NCBI GenBank assembly: GCA_036397635.1
Contig: DASWIP010000038.1
Coordinates: 185 to 64,184 of the forward strand
DNA length: 64,000 bases
Source of the DNA: Actinomycetota bacterium
GTDB lineage: Bacteria > Actinomycetota > AC-67
Direction of reading: 5' to 3'
Part shown: piece after piece, positions 57,673-64,000 of the stretch
Layout of the letters: every line of letters starts with the position of its first letter
Position numbering within the stretch: the first letter of the stretch is position 1
The notes under the pieces: generated by a model
Database searches by the model: none
The model's input: the letters and a program-made list of their open reading frames with translations, nothing else
What the model was told of the DNA's origin: nothing
Made by a program: the position numbers and the translations under genes

Positions 57673-58599
57673 ATGATCGTCGACACGGCGATCATCGCCG
57701 TGCTCGGCCTGTTCGTTTGGCGCGGCGCGCGCCGCGGTTTGATCGGGACGCTCGCCGGCTTCGCCGGGTTCCTGGTCGCCGTCACGCTCGCCGTGCTCGG
57801 CTATCGCGGGCTGGCGGTCGTGCTGGAGGCCGCGTTCGGGCTCTCCGAGGGCGTCGCGAACCTGACCGGCGCCTTGGTGATCTTCCTCACGGTCACCCTC
57901 GGGTCGGCGTTCGCAGCGCGCGCGCTCACGCGCGCGCTGCGCTGGACCAAATGGGGAGCGCTCAACGCGGTTGCCGGCGGCGCCCTATCGGGCGCGTGGG
58001 CGCTGACGCTGGTGACCGTAGTGCTGCTCGCGGTAAACGTGATCCCGCAGTCGGCCGGCGTCGAGCGCCGGCTCGAGTCATCCGCCATCGCGCGCGGTGT
58101 CACCGAGGCCGCGCCGGGATGGCTCGATACGATCGCGCGGACCGACTTCCGCTCGATGCTGCGGCTGTTCCAGCCCGAGCTGCGCGCGGTCGCGATCCGT
58201 GCGTCGGTCGACTTCACGGCGGTGCCCGACGCCGAGCGGCGCCTGTTCGAGCTCGCGAACCGGGAGCGGCGCGCGCGCCGCCTGCCGGTTCTGCGTTGGG
58301 ACGCCGGTTTGGCGAAGGCGGCGCGCGCGCACGCCGCGGCCATGTATCGCGAAGGCTTCTTCTCCCACATCAGCCCGGCGGGTGCCTCCGCGCGCGACCG
58401 GCTCCGGCTCGTCGGCGTGCGCTACGGGCTGGCCGGTGAGAACCTAGTGCTCGCGCCGAGCGCGGCGGGGGCACACGCGATCTTGATGGCCTCCCCCCGG
58501 CACCGCGCGCACATCATCGAACCGGAGTACCGGCGTGTCGGGATCGGCGTGATGTTCGGCCCGCAAGGGTTGCTCGTCACACAGGACTTCGCAGACTGA
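57673..58599 (+). CDS. CvpA-like 4-TM module fused to CAP/SCP (YkwD-like) domain
   Basis: The N-terminus MIVDTAIIAVLGLFVWRGARRGL is followed by four TM helices. C-terminal CAP blocks are ANRERRARRLPVLRWD, FFSHISP, GENL and HRAHII..YRRVGIGV. Confidence 0.7.
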   Translation: MIVDTAIIAVLGLFVWRGARRGLIGTLAGFAGFLVAVTLAVLGYRGLAVVLEAAFGLSEGVANLTGALVIFLTVTLGSAFAARALTRALRWTKWGALNAVAGGALSGAWALTLVTVVLLAVNVIPQSAGVERRLESSAIARGVTEAAPGWLDTIARTDFRSMLRLFQPELRAVAIRASVDFTAVPDAERRLFELANRERRARRLPVLRWDAGLAKAARAHAAAMYREGFFSHISPAGASARDRLRLVGVRYGLAGENLVLAPSAAGAHAILMASPRHRAHIIEPEYRRVGIGVMFGPQGLLVTQDFAD

Positions 58600-58647
58600 C
58601 GCGCGACCCGGGCGAACGACCCGCCGTTGGTGTCCGCGACGTAGAGC

Positions 58648-59346
58648 TCAGCTCCCGTGCTTCGGGCCCGGGCCCATGTCGATGAGTCCGCTCCGTGCGG
58701 CGATCACGACGGCTTCCAGCTGGCTGTGCGCATCGAGCTTGCGGAGTAGCGACTTGATGTGCCCGCGCACGGTGGAGAGCTCGATGGAAAGGGCTTTCCC
58801 GATGTCGCGAGCGTCCTTGCCGTTCCCCAGCCGGGTGAGAACCTCCAGCTCCCGTTCGGTCAGCGTGGCGTACCGCCCGGTGGAGCGCTGCTCGGGCGGC
58901 GGACGCCGCATGACGGTCGCCAGCATCGACGCCGGCACGAGCATCTCTCCCTCCGACGCGGTTCGGATCGCCCGGATGATCTCCGCCATCGGTGTCTGTT
59001 TGGGCAGGAAGCCGACGGCGCCGGCGTCGGCGCCCAGCTCGACGAACCTCGGATCCGTATACCCGGTCAGCAGCAGCACGTGGACCTGGGGGTGGCGCTG
59101 CTTGATCATCCTGGTGCCCTCGAGGCCATCGACGCCGGGCATATCGATGTCCATCAGGATGACATCGGGCACCTCGCGTTCCAGGTGCGCCAGGGCGGCG
59201 TCGACCGTGGCGGCTGATCCGGCGGGTGTCAGGCCGTCTTCCAACTCGAGCGCCACCAGGAGCGCCTCGGCGAAGGCCGCATGATCATCCACGATCAGGA
59301 CCGTCACCGGATCGTTCCCCCACCCGACGTTTCCTGGTCGGTCCAT
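58648..59346 (-). CDS. NarL/FixJ (LuxR-type) response regulator, canonical receiver
   Basis: Receiver residues VLIVDDH, PDVILMDIDMPG, LLLTG and FLPK, plus the HTH LTERELEVLTRLGNGKDARDIG. Start ambiguous: 59346, 59373 or GTG 59307. Confidence 0.85.
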   Translation of the reverse strand: MDRPGNVGWGNDPVTVLIVDDHAAFAEALLVALELEDGLTPAGSAATVDAALAHLEREVPDVILMDIDMPGVDGLEGTRMIKQRHPQVHVLLLTGYTDPRFVELGADAGAVGFLPKQTPMAEIIRAIRTASEGEMLVPASMLATVMRRPPPEQRSTGRYATLTERELEVLTRLGNGKDARDIGKALSIELSTVRGHIKSLLRKLDAHSQLEAVVIAARSGLIDMGPGPKHGS

Positions 59347-59448
59347 GACCCTCCTGCGGGAAGTGAGGGCCATCGTCGGCCGTCGGTGCCTAGTATCGTT
59401 ACGTAAGGGCCGAGGTTCAACCCTGGCCCGGTGGATCGGACGAATGCG

Positions 59449-60126
59449 CTAGGCCGGCAACGCTCCAGGGGTGGCTCGCGACATCGCGCGAACGCGGGCC
59501 AGTGCCTCGAAACGGCTGTGCACCCCGAGCTTGCGATAGGCGTTGGCAAGGTGCGCCTCGACGGTGCGGCGGCTCAGTCCGAGTTGCGCCGCGATCCCGG
59601 CGGCGGTGTGGCCCTCGGCGAGATGCTCGAGGATCTCCTGCTCGCGGGCGGTCAGGTGCGGTTCTCCCCACCCATTCGGTGTGGGGGCCTCGTGACCGGC
59701 GGCCCAGCGAAGCGCGTCGATCGCGAGGTAGGGGTCGATCGCGGTCCCGGTCTCGGTGACCGCTCGGATGGCCTCCTTGACCTCGGCCGCACCCGCGGAC
59801 AGGGGCACCAGCCCGTCGGCCCCCGCTTGGATCGCGTGGAACGGGATCTCGCCGTCGTCGAGATGGGCCATGACGATGACCTTGATCCTCGGAGCTTGCT
59901 GCCGTAGCGCCTCGATGATCGCGCCCGGATCCCGGACTTCGCCGAGGATGGCGACGTCGGCCTCCCGGGCGGCGTCCGGGCCGATCTGGTCGCAGGACCG
60001 GGCTTGGTCCGTGATGACCAGATCGTCGTGCTCGCCGAGCAGCGCGTTGAGCGCGCGCCGGCTGATGTCATTCGGATCCACGATGACGACAGCGATGAGT
60101 TCTGAGATCGTCCCCTGTTCGCTCAT
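59449..60126 (-). CDS. LuxR-type regulator with degenerate (pseudo-)receiver domain
   Basis: HTH LTAREQEILEHLAEGHTAAGIAAQLGLSRRTVEAH. The receiver-like N-terminus has VVIVDPND, ADVAILGEV (Gly where the phospho-Asp is expected) and GLVPLS (no Lys). ATG 60126 follows GAGGA. Confidence 0.7.
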   Translation of the reverse strand: MSEQGTISELIAVVIVDPNDISRRALNALLGEHDDLVITDQARSCDQIGPDAAREADVAILGEVRDPGAIIEALRQQAPRIKVIVMAHLDDGEIPFHAIQAGADGLVPLSAGAAEVKEAIRAVTETGTAIDPYLAIDALRWAAGHEAPTPNGWGEPHLTAREQEILEHLAEGHTAAGIAAQLGLSRRTVEAHLANAYRKLGVHSRFEALARVRAMSRATPGALPA

Positions 60127-60239
60127 GCTTGCATCCTCGGACACGTACGGACATGTACCTAGCCCAAGGCCGGGCGATTGTCATCCCTAAGATTGGGTGG
60201 ACAGATCGGTCAGCCGCCATCTCGGATAGGCTTGCGGTG

Positions 60240-60785
60240 ATGCCGCGTGTCGCGATCGTCGGATCGTTCTCCACCGGGAAGACCACCCTGGCGGAGGCGA
60301 TCGCCGACCATACCCGCTTGCCGCTGCTGCCCGAGGTTGCGCGCGAGGTCGCGGCGTTGGGTTTCAAGCTGGACAAGGATGCGACCCCCGAGGTCGAGTC
60401 CTTGATCTTCATGCGCCAGTACTACAACGAGATGGTGCACGGGGACTTCGTAGGAGACCGCTCGCTGATCGACGTGATGGCGTACGCGGGTTGGGTGCTC
60501 GATCATCAGCAGCGGCGCAAGGAGTTCGCGCTGTGGGAGGAGTGCCGGCGCATCGCGCAGCACACGCTGCGGAGCCAGTACACCGACGTGTTCTACCTGC
60601 CGATCGAGTTCGACATCGTCCCCGACGGCCTGCGGCCGATGGATCCGGAGTTCCAGCGGGATATCGACGAGCGGATCCGGGGCCTGCTGCACGATCACGA
60701 TATCGTCTACGAGATGCTCACCGGATCGGTCGAGGAGCGGATGGACGCGCTGCTCGGGCGGGTCGGCAAGCCGGCCGGGCGCTAG
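60240..60785 (+). CDS. P-loop ATPase/kinase of the NadR/AAA_28 type
   Basis: VAIVGSFSTGKTTLAEAIA (Walker A) and a DRSLID block, about 180 aa. The ORF is open from 60129. Confidence 0.65.
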   Translation: MPRVAIVGSFSTGKTTLAEAIADHTRLPLLPEVAREVAALGFKLDKDATPEVESLIFMRQYYNEMVHGDFVGDRSLIDVMAYAGWVLDHQQRRKEFALWEECRRIAQHTLRSQYTDVFYLPIEFDIVPDGLRPMDPEFQRDIDERIRGLLHDHDIVYEMLTGSVEERMDALLGRVGKPAGR

Positions 60786-60842
60786 CCCGAGGTTTTACGG
60801 TCCCGTAACCCCCCGCTGACGGTGGACTCCTAGGATTCCCGC

Positions 60843-63371
60843 ATGGCCGCGATCGACCCTGGGCTGCGCCCGATCCTGGACGCGTTCCGGGACGCGCGCG
60901 CGCGCCTTCGCGAGAAGCACGATGCCGGGATGGGGGGCATCGAGCATGCGCGCGCGCTGTCGGCGGCCTTGGACGACGCGGTCGGCTCGTTGTGGCGCGC
61001 GGTCGGCGGCGAGGAAAGCGGGCTTGCGCTGGTCGGGCTCGGCGGCTTCGGGCGGGGGGAGCTGTCGCCGCACTCGGACGTCGACCTGATGGTGCTGCAC
61101 GGCGGCTCGCGCCGTGCCGGCGAGGTATCCGAGCGGTTGTTCTACGCGCTTTGGGACGCCGGGCTGACGGTGGGCCACGCGACGCGCACGGTCAAGGAAT
61201 CCCTGCGGCTCGCGCGCGAGAACATCGAAGCGGAGACGTCGTTCCTGCGGCCGCGACTCGTCGCCGGCGAGGAGGGACTCTTCGCGGACTTCGTCGCTGC
61301 GGCGCTCAAGCAGACGCGCAAGCGAGCGGACCGGTTCGTCGCCGACGTGCGGGAGCTGATGCGCGCGCGTCACTTGACCGGCGGGTCGGCGACCTGGCAG
61401 CTCGAACCGAACCTCAAGGAAGGTGCCGGCGGTCTGCGCGACCTCCACGTGCTCGGCTGGTTCGACGCCGCGCTGCCCGACGGGCTCGACTCGCTCGGCG
61501 CGCTCAGCGCGCGCGACCGCGAGCAGCTCGACGCCGCCGCCGATCTGCTCCTGCGCGTGCGCGCGCATCTCCACTACCGGACCGATCGCCCGGCGGATGT
61601 GTTGCTGCTCGAGCATCAGGCGCCCACGGCGCGGTTCTTGGGCTACGGCGACGCGGATCGTCCCGCGGAGGATGCGTTCATGCGTGACCTGTTCGCGGCG
61701 ACTCGCGCGGTCGAGCACGACGTCTCCGCCGTGGCGATCGAGCTGACCGCGCGCGCACACAAGACGCAGCGCCTGCCGGCCAACGGCGAGCCGTTCGCGG
61801 TGGCAGGCGGGCGCGTGCTGCTCGTCCGGCAACCGGATCTGACCGGCGAGCCGGAGCGCGCGATCGAGCTGTTCGTGCGTGGGGCACCCCCTGGCGCCGA
61901 CGCGCGTCGCTGGCTCGAGGACGCGCTGGCCCCGGTCGAGCAGCTCCCCTGGACCGACGAGGTCCGCCGCGCGTTCTTCCGGCTGTTGCGCGCCGGGGAA
62001 CCTGCGGCGCTGGAGGCCGCCGATCACGCCGGCGTGCTCGGCCGGCTGCTGCCGGAATGGGAGTCGGTGCGGTGCCAGCCACAGCACAACGTCTACCACC
62101 GCTTCACCGTCGACGCGCACGTCTTCCACACGGTCGCGGCGATGGTGCGGCTGGCCGGATCCGACGAGCAGCTCGTGCGCGATGTGTGGGAGGATCTCGG
62201 CGACCTCGACGGGGCGCTGCTCGCAGCGCTTCTGCATGACATCGGCAAAGGGACCGAGGAGGACCATTCGGTACGCGGGGAGCGGATGGCCCTGGCGATG
62301 CTCGACCGGATGGGTATCACCGATCCGCGGCGCGGGACGGTGGTGTGGCTCGTGCGGAACCACCTCCTGCTGGCCGAGACCGCGACGAGGCGGGACATCA
62401 ACGACGAGATCCTGGTGGTGGATCTAGCCGAGCGGATCGGCGATGTGGAGCGCGCGCGCATGCTGTTCCTGCTCTCGGTGGCCGATGGCGTTGCGACCGG
62501 GCCGACCGCGTGGGGCTCGTGGAAGGCCGCGCTCGTGGCCGAGCTGTTCACGAAGGTGGTCCACGTGATCGAGCGCGGTGAGCTGGTGACACGCGACGCG
62601 CTCGAGCTTGCGCGGCTGCGCACCACAGAGCTCCGCGACGCACTCGCGGGTCACGACCCCGGCGTGGTCGAGGCGCACCTCGCCGGGGTGCCGCGCGCGT
62701 ACCTCCTCGCGTTCCCGAGCAGCGCGCTGATCCGGCACTTCGGTCTTCTGGCCGAGCAGCTCGGCCCCGCCGACGCGCGCGCCGTCGTGACGCCGTCGGG
62801 CGAGCCGGGCGTGTACGAATACGCGCTCGTCGCGCGGGACCGGCCGGGTCTGTTCGCGAAGGTGTCCGGCGCGCTCGCACTCAACGGGGTCCGGATCCTG
62901 ACCGCGCAGGGCTTCACGCGCGCAGACGGTGCCGCCATCGAGGTGTTCCGGTGTGCCGGGGGTCTGGAAACCGAGATCGCCGACGCGCGCTGGGGGCGTA
63001 TCACCGACGACGTGCGGCACGCGCTGACCGGCCGGTTATCGCTGGAGGTTCGGCTCGCCGAGAAGCGCAAGGACTACGCCACCCGGCCGAGCAAGGGCAA
63101 GCGCGAGCCGCCGAAGGTGATCGTGGACAACACGGTCAGCGACTTCTCGACCGTGGTGGAGGTGCACGCGGCCGACCGCATCGGGCTGCTGTACGAGATC
63201 ACCTCGACCCTGGCCGACCTGGCTCTCGATATCCAGGTCGCCAAGATCGCCACGTACGCCGAGGATGTCGTGGACGTGTTCTACGTGCGAGACTTGGAAG
63301 GCCAGAAGATCACCGAGGCGGCTCACATCGCCGAGATCGAGCGCGCCCTCGCGCTACGTCTTGGAGCCTGA
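60843..63371 (+). CDS. glnD: [protein-PII] uridylyltransferase / uridylyl-removing enzyme
   Basis: Nucleotidyltransferase motif GGFGRGELSPHSDVDL, HD domain (HDIGKG) and two C-terminal ACT domains. 842 aa. Confidence 0.9.
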   Translation: MAAIDPGLRPILDAFRDARARLREKHDAGMGGIEHARALSAALDDAVGSLWRAVGGEESGLALVGLGGFGRGELSPHSDVDLMVLHGGSRRAGEVSERLFYALWDAGLTVGHATRTVKESLRLARENIEAETSFLRPRLVAGEEGLFADFVAAALKQTRKRADRFVADVRELMRARHLTGGSATWQLEPNLKEGAGGLRDLHVLGWFDAALPDGLDSLGALSARDREQLDAAADLLLRVRAHLHYRTDRPADVLLLEHQAPTARFLGYGDADRPAEDAFMRDLFAATRAVEHDVSAVAIELTARAHKTQRLPANGEPFAVAGGRVLLVRQPDLTGEPERAIELFVRGAPPGADARRWLEDALAPVEQLPWTDEVRRAFFRLLRAGEPAALEAADHAGVLGRLLPEWESVRCQPQHNVYHRFTVDAHVFHTVAAMVRLAGSDEQLVRDVWEDLGDLDGALLAALLHDIGKGTEEDHSVRGERMALAMLDRMGITDPRRGTVVWLVRNHLLLAETATRRDINDEILVVDLAERIGDVERARMLFLLSVADGVATGPTAWGSWKAALVAELFTKVVHVIERGELVTRDALELARLRTTELRDALAGHDPGVVEAHLAGVPRAYLLAFPSSALIRHFGLLAEQLGPADARAVVTPSGEPGVYEYALVARDRPGLFAKVSGALALNGVRILTAQGFTRADGAAIEVFRCAGGLETEIADARWGRITDDVRHALTGRLSLEVRLAEKRKDYATRPSKGKREPPKVIVDNTVSDFSTVVEVHAADRIGLLYEITSTLADLALDIQVAKIATYAEDVVDVFYVRDLEGQKITEAAHIAEIERALALRLGA

Positions 63372-63439
63372 GCCCTGTCCCGCGCTCACGCCTCGTGGCT
63401 GGGTCTGCCCAGCGCTGGGCTGCGGTACGCTTTGCCGCG

Positions 63440-64000
63440 GTGAGGGGACGCATCGTCGTCGCGATCGCGCTCGGGGCCGTGCTCCCCGCGTGCTCGGCGA
63501 CCACGCCGGTCACGATCGATTCGCCGGGCCCGGCGTCCCCGGATGCGTCACCCATCGTGTCGCTCTCCACCTCGCCGTCGAAGGCACCGCCGACGCCGCG
63601 CGCGCGCGAGGCCGTGTACGCGCTCGACGGGGCGCTCTGGCTCTACGATGTCGCCGCCGACACCGTGCGGCCGTTGACCCAGTCCGGCAGCGCACGATCG
63701 CCGCGCTGGATGGGGCCCGGTCTCGTGTCGTTCATCTCGGATGGGGTGGGCGGCGAACGGAGCAGCGCGCTCATGCAGCTCGACATCAAAGGGAGCGCGA
63801 TCACCGAGCTGTTCCGGGTCGCCACCGGCATCGCGACGTACGGATGGAGCCCGGATCTCTCCACCGTGGCCTACGTCACCGTGGACGACCACGACTTCCC
63901 CCAGATCCACTACCGAGCCATGGCCAACGGGAGCATCCGCACCGTCGCGACGCTCGCGCGTCAATTCGGCCGTGAGGGCGTCGACGACGATCAGCTTCGG
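63440..64000 (+). CDS. lipoprotein with PD40/TolB-like beta-propeller repeats (3' end beyond window)
   Basis: Translated by hand; absent from the ORF track because there is no stop in the window. GTG 63440 gives VRGRIVVAIALGAVLPAC (lipobox), a Ser/Pro linker and WSPDLSTVAYV-type repeats. The frame is open to nt 64000. Confidence 0.5.
   Translation, partial: MRGRIVVAIALGAVLPACSATTPVTIDSPGPASPDASPIVSLSTSPSKAPPTPRAREAVYALDGALWLYDVAADTVRPLTQSGSARSPRWMGPGLVSFISDGVGGERSSALMQLDIKGSAITELFRVATGIATYGWSPDLSTVAYVTVDDHDFPQIHYRAMANGSIRTVATLARQFGREGVDDDQLR

Overview
High-GC chromosomal segment, densely packed with about 62 CDS and 1 tRNA. There is no rRNA, CRISPR array, transposase, integrase or recognisable defence island. 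All product calls come from motifs I recognise by eye; no database search was run.

Most of the window is core housekeeping in conserved Terrabacteria synteny:
- ftsH, then folE-folP-folB-folK, then DUF2520-panC-panD-nadC-coaX-lysS, then clpC, mutY and rlmN.
- carD-yacL-ispD-ispF-cysS-rlmB-sigH, then tRNA-Thr, then gdh and DUF3263-LytR_C.
- Trehalose genes otsB, otsA and treT, an AI-2E transporter, and a thrC-like gene with a CysO-like carrier and an Rrf2 regulator.
- A histone-H1-like basic protein, udgB, and CIRCE-groEL.
- A roughly 1600-aa Ig-repeat secreted protein, then an ALDH-ADH pair.
- A 9-kb caa3 oxidase cluster in Bacillus gene order: a ctaA::ctaB fusion, ctaC-D-E-F-G, a di-cupredoxin and a Tat lipoprotein.
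- Polyprenyl synthase, LarE-like, NIL and CvpA::CAP genes, two LuxR-type response regulators, an AAA_28 ATPase, glnD, and a partial PD40-like lipoprotein.

TreT, a bacterial D-amino-acid oxidase, a Firmicute-type SigH and actinobacterial families (DUF3263, LytR_C, CarD, family-5 UDG) together suggest a deep-branching Actinobacteriota lineage such as Rubrobacteria. This is inference only.

I do not see a complete, convincing new multi-gene system. The best candidates for novelty are:
1. A ThrC-family enzyme coupled to a CysO-like sulfur carrier with a GG-GL tail.
2. A three-Cys LarE-like ATPase coupled to a NIL-domain protein with no lar genes nearby.
3. A membrane-anchored tandem cupredoxin inside the cta operon.
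4. A low-GC PD-(D/E)XK homing-endonuclease-like gene that runs into tRNA-Thr.
5. A stand-alone H1-like basic repeat protein.
6. The structured 400-nt gap upstream of clpC.
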